From Spizellomyces punctatus DAOM BR117 (Eukaryota), in NCBI GenBank assembly GCA_000182565.2, contig KQ257461.1: 64,000 nt of DNA, one strand, 5' to 3'. Each line of letters starts with the position of its first letter. The first letter of the stretch is position 1. The translations under genes and the position numbers were made by a program. The notes beneath the pieces were generated by a model. It saw only the letters and a program-made list of their open reading frames with translations. It was not told the origin of the DNA and ran no database searches. Shown piece after piece: positions 27,984 through 40,500 of this stretch.

Positions 27984-28630
27984 TATAAAAGTGCGTCTGG
28001 TTCGTGTCGCGTTTCTCCCCCATCTCACCAAGCGATCCGCGAAGGTCTCAACATTTACTCTAAGGTGAGGGCGGGAGAACATAGCAAGGCTTCCTTCACA
28101 GGGGGACATTCGCTGCGGTCCCGGACAGCAGTTGGACTCTATCAGTATTGTCAATTCCGACTTTGGCACTTGGGTGTCTACTGAGGGAGTTCGGCAGCCT
28201 ACGGGATCTTACGGTTTGTCTTGACCTGCCAAGAGTAGTCCACCGAGCGATCACCTTCCCGGTCAATAGGTGTCTCAGGGTATCGTCGGAGTTCCCAGCT
28301 TGGGGGGGAACTTGCTGGGGCCTTGTTATGCCGGAACCGCGCAGAGTCGTCGATGAATGGGCGGATGGGTACTGCTCTGAGTGTATTGTGTTTGGGTTGT
28401 GCCAATAGTGACACCAGGTATCTATCGGGGTCTTCACTCTGTGGGGACTTGCTGGGGCTTGCGTGGCACGGGAGGCAACTTGTTGCATGGTCGCAGACGG
28501 TTCCATTTGGGATGCGTTTTTCGTGTTTCAAATGTTTGCGTGTTTTCCTCACCCTCACTTTTTTTAGCTTTCTTTTTGATAGATTCGACCACGACCACGA
28601 TAACGACACGCCGAGAACAACGCGGTAAAG
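27984..28630 (+). ncRNA. Candidate non-coding host transcript with intronic structured RNA (family 2)
   Basis: CCAAT (~27930), TATAAAA 27984-27990, donor GTGAGG at 28065, acceptor ~28567/28582. Two GGTATC(T)RTCGG-hairpin-TGCTGGGGC motifs (~28278-28322, ~28417-28458). No credible ORF. Confidence 0.5.
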
Positions 28631-29869
28631 TCTGGTATACGGTCTTTAGTTTAGAGAAGATGTTATATGCTGTAAACAATAAAATTCCTCCAACTGTTCT
28701 AAAAACTATACTTTATCGCGGTATTTGATGTATTTGGTTGCCACGGCTTTCGCTGAATACGTACGATATTCCATAGTTTTATCTCGCTTGGTCTTTATCT
28801 ATGGCTACGATGCTGATGTATAACATCGGTTGTGCTGTCTTGTCCTGTCCTCCCTTCTGTTGTCCTTAAACTGCACACCGTCTGAGTATCTACTGCGCGT
28901 ATAACGACGGGTTAGGAGCCTTGCTGCGATCAGACGACAGCTGAGAGTCATTTACAAGTAACGACATCACTCGCGGAAAAGGGACAATCGCTTCTCAACT
29001 CGTTTTGCGCATTGCACATCCACTCTGTTCCCACATTTGCATTGAGTGCCTTTGACTTGCGGGTAGGGTGGCTGGGGGGAGAGCATTAGTGTAGCGTCTT
29101 GGCCGTGCATTCTCGAGCGAGATACTCGCTGCCATTCTGCCTTGCTTCGGTGCCTAGTGCATGCACCTCCACCGACAGGGATGCTACGTCCTGCACCCGT
29201 GCTTCCCTCTGTTACCGCGTTTATGTGAGTTAAGGGCACGCCCTATCTACATAAGGCATGAATACCACTGAAAATGACACTGATACGAGGAGTTAACTCG
29301 ACGCACTACAATTATATATTATTTAACCATTTGCAATGCCATCAGAAATGCCATAAGTACTTTTTATGAAGAAGACGTATTTGTTTACAAGAACTCGTTT
29401 ACACTAAGTCTAACGAATCCATATGCGACGATGCCTCGCCCTGTTGTGTGTGTCGTGTGTTGCGACGATAGGACGAGGTGCGGCAGGCCTGCGACGAAAG
29501 GTATCTTTCGTACTCGCCGAACAGGATTGCGAATCCAAGTTTCGTAACGATTTGCACTGGGGGGAAGGGGGTGCGACGAGGAAGTTAATGGGTTCCGCCT
29601 CTTGCGTGTACATAAAGTTCCAAGCTGGTTAACTCGTTCTCGGGTAAAAAGTTCCATCATTGTGGCAAGCGCTTCGGGGACCAGAACCGACAATGGGCAA
29701 GAGACTTTTCCCGACATCCACTGGAATCGTTGTTAAGCCCGCTACCGTTGATCAACACCCCATTTCAATGGTCCAATAGTGACCAAATCGTGTGGGGAAT
29801 GGTTCTTGGCCGTATCGTCTTTGAATGGGGTCATCAAACAGGCCAATTAGTTCCACCTCGTGCGATGGG

Positions 29870-32800
29870 GCTCCTTTATCGCACTGCTGCGGTCCCAGGA
29901 GGGAGATTGGTCGGAAGGCGTCGCTTCGCAGATACCAACGTATTGTTTCTCGACGGATCCGGACCACAACAGGGTCCACAACCTCTCATCTTACCCCTCC
30001 TACTTTGACCGTACATATTGCTCTGCAACCCACAGGCTTGCTCGTCACGCTCATTGAGATGGCTAAGGAAGTTGGTCCCGACTGGTGCCCCATGCGCTCC
30101 TCCCGTCACATGCAAATACCCACGCATAGCCGGTCCAGTATTGCGCCCTGCTGCAGCCAACTTTTCCTCGATCTCGGGCAGGAGTTCCATCATGCTTGCA
30201 AGGGCCTCGTACACTTGGACTGCGACTGTGTTGTATTGTTGGACGTGGCGTTCGACCGCCATACGGGCGGCCCCGAGATTGGTCCTGGCTAAGGTTCGAC
30301 TGGCTTCCCGCGCGACGCTCGTTGATGCGACTAGTTTGACTTATCGTAGAACCGGAATATCTCCTCCGGGGATCGGGAAATACGTTGAGACCCATTTGCT
30401 TCCGCAATCTCGCCAAGTCGACCCTCTACAAACTCAAAGGTCTTGCCACTCGCATAAGAGTCCGGTGCGATTTCTTGTAAGGGAGGCCATAACTCCCAGT
30501 GCAAAATTTAGGCCGTTCCACCACCATACGGACAGCGCCGAGATTCGCCTTCGCCATCGTCCGAGTAGCTTCTCGCGCAATGTTGGTGAGTGCTACCCGC
30601 TTCATCTCTCGCAACACCAGTAAATCGCCTCCCGGGATAGGACGGAACATGGATAGCCACACAGGTTTGGATGTGCCATTTCACCGCCATACGTGCGGCG
30701 CCGAGCGCGAGCGTACACGCGAAGAGTTGGACAAGCTCGTTCGTCCCCGCTGCGCGAATTCCATTGTTTCCTACAATCTTCAGTTACTTCAAACTACGGT
30801 TCTTCTGCTGTCGCCGTCGTTTAGTCTATTTGTAGTTACTTCACTGCGATTCTTTCCTTGCAGACAAGCACCCTGCGTGATCTCCGGGCGCCACGACTAA
30901 TCTCTTTCACGACAAGTGGTGCTCCCTTCCCTGTCCGCTCGCCGCCGCGAGCGTGAGGTCGTGCATCGACAAATGTCGCCGTTCGTGCCATGACTGTGTG
31001 GGTGTGCGGGTGTGACGTAAGTTGGTTTATTCACCCCTTACACTTTTGAAGGAATCAACGAATTCGATCTTGGTCGACCTCTACCAGCTGCCGAAAATGC
31101 CGTCTGGTAGCAACTTGACGTATGCGTGTGTCGTGCGTGTGTCGGTATGTTCGAAGAGGACGGCACAAAGGAGTCAATCAGTTGGACTCTCAAATAGTGT
31201 TGATCACACTCTTGTATGGCATCTGGGCCGCGGTGTGCCTCGCTTACTTTGCCCGCACATGTTGTTCTCCAGGCCGCACGTTACTTTGCCCGTACATGTT
31301 GTTCTCCAGGCCGCACGTCTGCTCGTCTTTTTCGTCAATATGACTGAGGAAGTTCGTCCCGACCGGCGCCCCTGTCGCTACTCCCGTAGTATTCAAGTGT
31401 CCGCGCATAACCGGACCAGTGTTCCGTCCCGACGCCGCCAACTTCCGTTCGACCACAATGTTATACACATAGAAAGCGAGGGCCTTGATGTCGTCGTTGG
31501 GCCAGGCGTAGGGTCCAGCAAGTGTCCTTGCCGCCTCTCGAGAGACGTCCGCCGATGCTACCCGTTTTATTCCTCAAAGAATCGGTAAGTCACGTCCAGA
31601 AACGGAGGGAACCATTGACACCCAAGGCTTGGCCGTAAAATATTTCCGGGAGCCGGTAACTACCGACACAGAATCTCCTGTCGAAAGCTTTGTATGCATC
31701 GTATGTCGTCTAGTGGATAATCACTCGAAAGGGTGTTGTCCCGTCGGTTCGGGGCTGCTGTCCCACAAGGCATTGCATAGCATCCGGGTTCGGTCAACTT
31801 CCTGTGAATGACGACGCCGGTGGCCTAGATGCCGAAAATACCAAAGGGTTTGAGAATGCGCATTTGAGGTCAATAGCATTTAGAGTACCATCCATACCTT
31901 ACCGCAATCAACGTCTCTCTTGAAGAACCCAAAAAGGAATTTAAAACTGATAAACCAGAAAAGAATCGATACGGTTTCGCGGATGCCAGGTGAAAGTCCG
32001 ACTCGACCGTAGACAGAAATTGGGAGGAAGATAAAACGCGACGCAGGCAAATCAAACTGAATCCGGGATACACAGATCATCGTCTTGAAGCCGATCGGTT
32101 GCATACTGGCCAAAGCTTCGTACACTTGAGCTGGAACGGTATTGTATCGGTGAAAGTGTCGTTGGGCCGCTAGATGCTGAATCCGGGATACACAGATCAT
32201 CGTCTTCAAGCCGATCGGTTGCATACTGGCCAAAGCTTCGTACACTTGAGCTGGAATGGTATTGTATCGGTGAAAGTGTCGTTGGGCCGCTAGATGTCTA
32301 GGTATTCAGCTCCCCGAAGACGAATTATACGCACTGCCCAACAGACTCTCAAACCCCGATATTAGTTGCGGTGGGTAATGGGTACCGTTCACTTTGCTCG
32401 CAGGTAGGTGAGCAGTTCATCGGTGACTTTGAAGGGTTCGTCTAAATCAACCGAGGCGAGGAGGGGCACATTCGACGACAGGGCGAGCGGCGGCAGGCGA
32501 GGGGGGAGGCTTGGGTGGAAGAATGTTTCTTCTTCGGCGAGCTTGTTTCGAATCCAAGTTTTTGATGCGACTGGCCATGTGTGTGTGTTTTGTGCGTGAG
32601 GGTGTGGGATCGGGTGGTCGAAACGGCTGGCCATGTTTGTGCGGTTGGAGTCGATGTGCGTGTTCTCCGGTATAGTTTGACTGTCGGGAGAGGACGGCAG
32701 AAAAGAGTCAAACAGTTGGGCTTTTCGAATGGCGTTGACCAAGCTCTGTATGGCATCCGGGTTAATGGTGTATTGTGTGTTGCGTGTGTCGGTGTGCTGT

Positions 32801-33160
32801 GTGTAGTGTGCTGGAAGAGGACTTTTGATCTGATCAATGGACAGGGTATCGATTTCCTCTGCCAAAGCGCGCTCATCCACACCATTCGCAGCTCTATTCT
32901 TCTTCTTACCCTTCTTTTTCCACTTGTCCGTCTTGGAATTCCAAAACTCATGAAAGCTTCTTAATGCAATAGCATGCTTCCTTGATGGTATTTTCGAATG
33001 ATGGTTTTTACGAATGGTGTTGATCCAGCTTTGTATGGCGTCCGGGCCGTGGTGTGATCTTGCAAGTGTCCTTGCCGCCTCTTGAGAAACGTCGGCCGAT
33101 GCTACCCATTCCCAGTCGTCTTCGTCTGTATTGACGCATCCCTCGCGAGCCAACCTTGTT
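29870..33160 (-). pseudogene. Mosaic of duplicated fragments of an unidentified gene family
   Basis: Repeated peptides: VAS..V..EA.RTLA; YNTV..QVYEALASM (three times, including a 120-bp tandem duplication at ~32056-32295); KLAA.GRNTGP.MRG...GAPVGTNFLSH (twice); PDAIQS.IN.IRK. Confidence 0.55.
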
Positions 33161-35617
33161 GACGACCTACCAAATGGACAGAAGCAAAATGATCAGTCAC
33201 TAGCAACGGTAGACCCGTCTCTTGTCCATCCAGCCGAATCCTCGCAAGACCAAGTATTCCCAACGACCACCAATCACTGTGATTGGTATAGCCAAGAGTC
33301 GACCTAATGAACCCAGTAAAGCAGCAAACGACACGGGATGGGCCGGCGGCAGCGAGTGTATCCCTGTCTCCTACTCCAAAGGCCACTCATCCGCCGAGCA
33401 GAGAACCAGCTCAACAATCATCCGTCATTAGTATTGGACTTACCAGAAACGGAACATTGACACAGACTCCTTGTTGTATGCATCGCATGTCGCCCAGTGG
33501 ATAATAACTCGAAAAGGTGTTTCCCGTCAGTTCGCTGTCCCACAATTGATGGCAATTGTATCCGGGTTCGATTAACTTCCTGTAAATGAGACGACGGTGG
33601 CCTAGATGCCGAAAATACCAAAGGGGGTGAGAATGCGCACTTCAGATCAAAAGAATTTGAAGTAACATTCATACCGGTTTGCCGTTAACTGCCGCTGCCA
33701 AATGCTCTCTCAAGGGCTTTGACCTGTTCGTGGGCGGACCAGTGTATGATCTCGAAGTGTTACTCCATCTCTGCACGGTTGTCCAACGAGTCTGAATTGC
33801 TACCGTCGCCCAAATACTGAAAATACCATGTGGAGATGAGAATGTGCATTTGGTGTCAAAAGCATTTGAAGCACTATTCATACCTTACGTTGATCAGCTC
33901 GAAAAAGAGTTGTTCCGGTCGTGGGCGGGTTGTCCAACGAAGCTCCAAACTGCGTCCGGATCCATTAACCCTTGTTGATGACTATGGCGGTCCGAATTCT
34001 GAAAATTCAACATGGGGATGAGAATGTGCATATAATATCAAAAGCATTTGAAGTCACTTTCATACCGGACAGCGATTAACTCGCCATGGTGTGCAGCAAC
34101 ATCATCGGAAGGTGCACCCGTACAGGTACACTGAGCTCGCAGCAGCACGTCTAGAGCAGGGTTCCTAGCTGAGTGTAGCTGTACGAGGTAAACCTTCGGA
34201 TTGTGCTGAGGGGAGTGGTCACGAATGATTCAAGAATGTATCTGGTTGAGGACGAAACATTATACAGGTTCAGAATGAGGAGAAATGCGTATGATATATC
34301 GTGGGAAGGCGGATGCTTGTATGGTTCAGATGAGGGGGAATGTGGACAGAAGTGCTACCTTTATAGAAAAAACGGTCGCTGCGCCCAGCACCGGAAAGTT
34401 GTGTGAAATCAGCGTCAAGTTGACGGAACTTTGCGGAGATGGGGAGACGTTCCTACCCACTCCAATTGCCCTGACACTGCCCACCTGTCCGCTGCACACA
34501 TGTCGGCAATGTCATTTTGCCAAATCAAATCAATGACGGGACCATGTGAAGATTCGACAGACGTTTTTACCGTCGAAATTGCAGTGACGCTAAAAGTGTC
34601 AAGCTGTCAGTTGGGAAAAATGAAGTGTGGGCTGCATGTCCAAAATATACTGAAAGCATCAAATGACGCTGAGGCGTAAGCCTTTCAGGTAGATGATTTA
34701 CCTGCCAACGATTCCCTTGATATTCAAGATGATGGGCAGTGCAGCGACATATGCCAGCTGATTGCACTGTCTCCCCTCCATGCGATGGGAACAACTGGGA
34801 ATGTGGGGGTGGCAAGAACGTTGTCCGCATGCAGAACGACTAAACGTTTGACACAGACTATTGCTATGTGTGATATTTCCATTCAAGATACATAGATGCT
34901 CTTAGCATTAAATCTGTTTTTAAAGTTTTTGTCAATTGTTCTTCACTCTGTTCATCACTAAATAAAAACAATGTTTATTCCTATTTACAAACTATTTACC
35001 TTTCTTGGTACTCACTGATTTAAACCCTTTTTACATGTGCTAAGACTATATTACGCATGAAATGGACTGCGAGATACAATAGCTGGAACACTTGCGGTTT
35101 GTCCATTTCTGTCAATAAGATGGGAGGTTTTGTTCATATTGTTGACTGGATCGCGTGTATTCTTGTCATTTTCCCTAAAAAAAGCAGCAGCAGCAACACA
35201 GAGCAGGTCGCGAGAGAGCAAACGGTAGCGACAGCACCTGGACAAATAAGAACCAGAATCAGGCTCACCCGTTTCCCAAAACGGCCGCTAAACGTCTTTC
35301 TTCGTGCCAGCGAAATTGACATTTCGACCTAGCTCGTTTTTCGCTAGCTTTGATTCTTAACTGTGTCATGAAACTACTTGATTCATTGGACCTTCATGAA
35401 TTCATGCATGCTGATATTGCAAACATTGGGACGAAAGCCGCTTTTGCCAAAGAATATGCACTTCGCCTGATAAAATGCGAAATAGCAGGTCTATTCACTC
35501 ATAGGGCAGTAGCACCAACAGTAAATCCTATGCATAGAAGAGCGTTTTAGATATATGTGTTCCTAAGCGCTCGGTTGTCATAATTATATTAATGCCAAAC
35601 ATGCGATGCAGACTAGG

Positions 35618-36186
35618 ACCCGAACGCTAATCCGCACACGACCCCAAACTGCTACACTCACTACCAAACCTCCGATGCAGACTAGGACCCGAACGCTGAC
35701 CCTAATCTAAACCCGAACGCTAATACTAACACGAAGTTGGTCGAGGTTCAGACATCCATGGTTTAGCACGGAAGAAGCGTTCAGAGCGGCCATACTTGTT
35801 GACAGCAAAGTGGCTGTAAGCTCGTCGGTAATGGTCAGGGCTGGTCCAATGAATCACGACGCGGAAGGGTATCTTGCCGGAATCCCGTAGTTGTCCGTGG
35901 AGACTTTGTACGGCGTCTGCGCCGATAAGGTGCTGGTGGATCGCAACTGTCGCCCAGATCCTAAAAATACCACGCAGAGTTGAGAGAAAGAACATTTGAT
36001 GTCAACAGAATTTGAACTCACATTCATACCGGACAGCTATGATCTCCGGCGCCGGTTGACGGTAAAGTTTCAGGTCGCGGAGGTGTTCGCGTTTAGGTTA
36101 AGGTCAGCGTTCGGGTCCTAGTCTGCATCGGAGGTTTGGTAGTGAGTGTAGCAGTTTGGGGTCGTGTGCACATTAGCGTTCGGGTT
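35618..36186. repeat. Inverted repeat pair (arms ~35618-35719 and ~36085-36186)
   Basis: CACACGACCCCAAACTGCTACACTCACTACCAAACCTCCGATGCAGACTAGGACCCGAACGCTGACC occurs together with its exact reverse complement. Confidence 0.9.
35726..36030 (-). pseudogene. RRM-like exon flanked by ~100-bp inverted repeats; further relics at ~31.6-31.9 and 33.4-34.1 kb
   Basis: PFRVVIHWTSPDHYRRAYSHF...RFFRAKPW; related PFRVIIHW and YFTAKPW relics with the same intron remnant nearby. Confidence 0.4.
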
Positions 36187-37443
36187 TACGTTCGGGCCCG
36201 GGAGGAGGGGGGCGGGCGGTGTCAAAGGGGGCGGACGGCGATATGGGTGTTGTGCGAGTGATGGGTGTGGTGTGTTGTGGGATGGTCGAAAAGGCTGGCC
36301 ATGTTTGTGCGGTTGGTGTGGGTGTGGGTGTCTCTGTAGTATGGTTTGTGTGTGTCGGGACAGGACGGCAGAAAAGAGTCAAACAAGTTGGGCTTTTCGA
36401 ATGGTGTTGATCAAGCTCTCTATGGCATCCGGGTTAACGACAGAGGTGCTGGTTTTCATAGAAAAAACGGTCGCTGAGCCCATGACCGGAGGGTTCTGTT
36501 GCAGACAGCGTCCATTCCCCACGTCCAAATTGCACTGAGACTGCCGATCTGTCGCTGCACATATGATTTGCAAACAGTTGATGCCTGCGGATGAACGGAT
36601 GAAAAAGCCTCTTGCCAGAGCGTCATTTGACAAATGAAATCGAGGGCGGAGCCCATGTGTGGAGATTTGGGGGGAAGACGTTTTCCCTCAACGTCCAAAA
36701 TGGCACTGAGACCGTAAAACAAGTCGTCGGGTGGGAACTGAAAGCCGCGTTGTTGCGACCAAACGCATCAAATTGAGGCTTAAAGTCTGTGAAGAACGTT
36801 CTCAATCTCCACATGTCATTGCATGAAATGACACCAAGGCTTGCACACCTTGTCCCTATCGATATTTGCATCATGCACTGCTGTGTAATTCCCTTGATAC
36901 TTCAGGACAATGAAACCTACCAGCTGATTGCAATGCCCACTTTGCACTGCCCACCCCGTAGAATTCCGATGCGATGGAACAAACGTGGGCATGTGCAAAA
37001 AACCGTCGCTCCCATGCGGACAGCCAAGAGCAAAAAAGTTTGATTTCCCACAAACGGATGGGGGATACGTTACATGGAGCCGTTTACTTTGGCAGCTCCC
37101 CTATTAACCAGAAAAGTAAAAAGAGTAAAAGCGCTGCCAAAGAAAAAAAGAAAGAGAAAAGCCGCTTTATACGGAGGGAATTCTGGTATAAAAAGAGAAG
37201 GATAACAAGAGTCGCGAGAGCAAGAGCAGCAGCAGCAGGTGGAACAAACACAAAGTCGTAAAGTCCCTGCCCGAGTGACCTACGGTGGGCTGACTGCCAA
37301 CTTTGTGAACGACCTTTTTGTGAGCACACGAGAGAAAATACCTCATTGATATATGGCATCATTTTCTCTACTGTACTCACAAATGTCTCGTTCAACAAGG
37401 TTGGCAACCGATTCTAGGGTCACACGGTTAGACTTGCTAATAT

Positions 37444-37581
37444 TTAACCCATGTCCAACACCCGTCAGAACTGTCAAAACAATTGATGTATTTGTCTTAC
37501 AAGAAGATAGATATTGTTAACAAGTCCAACTCGGATATCAGTCGTTTTGACAGTTCTGACGGGTGTCGGACATGGGTTTAA
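37444..37581. repeat. ~44-bp stem hairpin (inverted repeat)
   Basis: AACCCATGTCCAACACCCGTCAGAACTGTCAAAACAATTGAT pairs with ATCAGTCGTTTTGACAGTTCTGACGGGTGTCGGACATGGGTT. Confidence 0.9.
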
Positions 37582-38747
37582 GATTATGTAATGATCGTGA
37601 CTCATTTCACGTTACCAACTGGTTGAGAGTCCTCGTATTTGGACAACGTCTAACCTGTGTGGGCGTGGGCGATACTCTAGGAGAATGCTTGTTATCTTCT
37701 TACGTTCCTAGGCGGTCCATTCACTCGATACCTGGATCCGTCTGAAGAAACATTGGAATGGAGAAGGCTGAGAGGGAAAGGATTGATGGGGAGAAACCAA
37801 AGGAGACGGGCGGAAAATGGAAAGGAAGGGAAATGCGACAACATACGAAATGTCGAATAATTGCTTCCAATCCGCACGCTTCCGTTTCGCACATTATGGC
37901 ATTAACCACTATAACAGTCCCATCTCATCCGCTTCAAAAAGCGCCCCAAGGCAAAACCAAAAAGAGGAAGCCCATTTCGCTCGAATACATCGTTTCGTGC
38001 CGACGGTCGAAACAGAATGCTAAATCCTCGACCTATTGTGTCCAGTGACTCTCTTTTCGGTGCATCTTTTTGCATACAGTAATAGTTAAGAACCACGATC
38101 AATTTGCCAATATACCACACACAAAATGTAACGAAACGAATCGTAGGTCCTGCGAAAATGCTTGTATTTTTCGCTGAAAGAGGTAATAGCATGCGGTTTT
38201 GTCGTGTTTTTACATATCTCATCGTTTTCCAGTACCTCCAGTGTAATTACCCCAAGTTTTGGTCGCAACATTTGCTCATGATAGATAAGATCTCTGCAAG
38301 TGGATGCATATCAAAATCTTGCAAGTTTCCAATCACGTTTTGATAATGTATCAACTATATACCATTGTATCTATCTGTGTAGTTTCTTTGTATATTGCCC
38401 AAAAATACAGAAGGGGGGGAAAAATACAAGTAACGAGTCACTCCAGCCTTGAAACAATGAAGGGTATATTTCCACTAACATTTCCTTTTCCATCAAGCAT
38501 TTCGTTATTGGCAATTGGCACAAAGCTATCACACCAGGACGAGTCAGCTATGACAAGAAAACATCCTACTTTCACGGTTCATGGCCGAGTCCGCTATAAA
38601 TTCTTTTAGGTACGCACTCGGGCCCCCCAGGATTTCTTAAGATTTATCAAGCGTCCCACTTTGCCATCATCTCCGGTACATCATGAAATCGACATCCCTT
38701 CGGTCGCTCTGCGACGACAATGTTCGACACGAGGTGAGAGGTGACAC

Positions 38748-38835
38748 GTTGCTAGGCAACATTTATGAACATCGGAATTTCGGAATGGGATTTGATTGGC
38801 TGTCTGACACGTCATCATTCAACGCGGTTATAAAA
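38748..38835 (+). promoter_or_regulatory. Promoter module: RFX X-box (GTTGCTAGGCAAC), reverse CCAAT, GACACGT, TATA
   Basis: X-box 38748-38760, TGATTGG, TATAAAA 38829-38835; the same motifs are conserved at 42612-42723. Confidence 0.55.
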
Positions 38836-38928
38836 GGGAGCCCACCACGCGTTTTCCCTCACACTCTACTTCTCCCTTCCACTTCAACGACCAACACCGA
38901 CCGTCACCGGGACGGACTTCTTCTCTAG

Positions 38929-39603
38929 GTGGGTGGGGGACAACCATGGTTGCTGGATCGGGCTGCAATTTTGAAGTCCTGCTGGGGCTGCAGCATGTTA
39001 TTTCTTGGGCTTCCCACGGTATCTGATTCGGGCCTTGAGCTGCTGGGGCTGTGGTCGGTCGGAGGTGGCATGTTGTGGTATCTGTCGGGGATGGATGGTT
39101 GTAGGCAGCCTGCTGGGGCTGCAGCATATTATCTTCTTGGGCTTCCCACGGTATCTGATTCGGGCCTTGAGCTGCTGGGGCTGTGGTCGGTCAGGGGATA
39201 GCATGTTGTGGTATCTGTCGGGGTGTGATTCATGGGTTGGGATCAGCTTGCAATTTTGAAGTCCTGCTGGGGCTGCAGCATGTTACTTCTTTGGGCTTCC
39301 CACGGTATCTGATTCGGGCCTTGAGCTGCTGGGGCTGTGGTCGGTCGGAGGTAGCATGTTGTGGTATCTGTCGGGGATGGATGGTTGTAGGCAGCCTGCT
39401 GGGGCTGCAGCATGTTATCTTCTTGGGCTTCCCACGGTATCTGATTCGGGCCTTGAGCTGCTGGGGCTGTGGTCGGTCAGGGGATAGCATGTTGTGGTAT
39501 CTGTCGGGGTGATCTTGGCCCTGCCGGGTCGGCAAGTCTACTTGTGGCATCGGTGTATCATGGTCTTTATGGCGCAAGCTAACCCCTGCCCGCATTCCTT
39601 TAG
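38929..39603 (+). ncRNA. Intron carrying four tandem ~120-140 nt hairpin units (family 2 RNA)
   Basis: Donor AG|GTGGGT at 38929, branch GCTAAC 39578-39583, acceptor TTTAG at 39603. Repeated CTGCTGGGGCTG and GGTATCTG(T/ATT)CGGG motifs; CAGCATGTTA pairs with TAGCATGTTG through G-U pairs. Confidence 0.6.
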
Positions 39604-39859
39604 GTATCCTTTTCTCAAGGAGCGCGCGACTTCGACTATTCGGCCGACAGGATTTAGTTCAGCTTTTGGGGCGCGGACTTTGTACAATAGGCCTTGTAAA
39701 ATATGCATGACTATGAATATATTGATCCCTGTGTATGAGATATTCGCTTTGTATTTTATTCTCATTTCCCGACACTTTAGTCCTATGGGGCGTCCACCAG
39801 CAAGCCAACATACATCTGGGATGCGTGTAATCACCGGAGGTTAATGCAAAATGGAGCAT

Positions 39860-40500
39860 TTCGCCATAAATTCCACTGTGTTGGAGAACGGACGGCTGGC
39901 TCGGAATGTGCGCGCGAGAGCACTGGGAGATACTACGCATCCGACGTACGAAAGTTTCTGTCAATAAACGTAAAGCATTGTCCATTTGCATGCATGCTAG
40001 AAGAGAATGCAGGTCAAAGAGAATGCCAAGAGGTGAAAGCGCTGTTTGTTTGGGATGGCATTCTGCGAAGCCGTTATCAGCCGACAATGAGAGAAGCATC
40101 TGGACAATTCCTTTGCAAGAGGACGCCCACTCGTTCAAATCCCCCCTCGTGGCAAAAATCGTCTCCACCACTGTGGGCGGCACCAGCAGGACCTTCTTGT
40201 AGACAGCATCAGTCGTTTTGACAGTTCTGACGCATTTTGCGCTACCAACTGGTTGCGAGTCCATCCACGTCCTCCCATGTAGATTTGGAGAACGTCTAAC
40301 CTGTATGGGGGTAGGCGATACTCTAAGAGAATGCTTGTCATTTTCTTACGCTTAGGATAAAACGGTCCATTCACAATATACCTGGATCCCACTGAAGAGA
40401 CATTGGAATAGACAGGCTGAGAGGGAAAGGATTCGTCAGGAGAAAGCAAGGGAGACGGGCGGAATGGAAGGGAAGAGATATGAGGACAAGATACGAAATG
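39860..40500 (-). pseudogene. Unidentified gene fragment; paralogous relics at ~37540-37860 and ~43450-43700
   Basis: Overlapping frameshifted ORFs 39659-40264 and 40135-40449; DNA identity blocks shared with 37.6-37.9 kb. Confidence 0.4.

Noticed and set aside
38929-39595. Repeat-protein ORFs in the family 2 array
   Set aside because: They open in several frames on both strands, unit indels shift the frame, and the region lies between splice signals.
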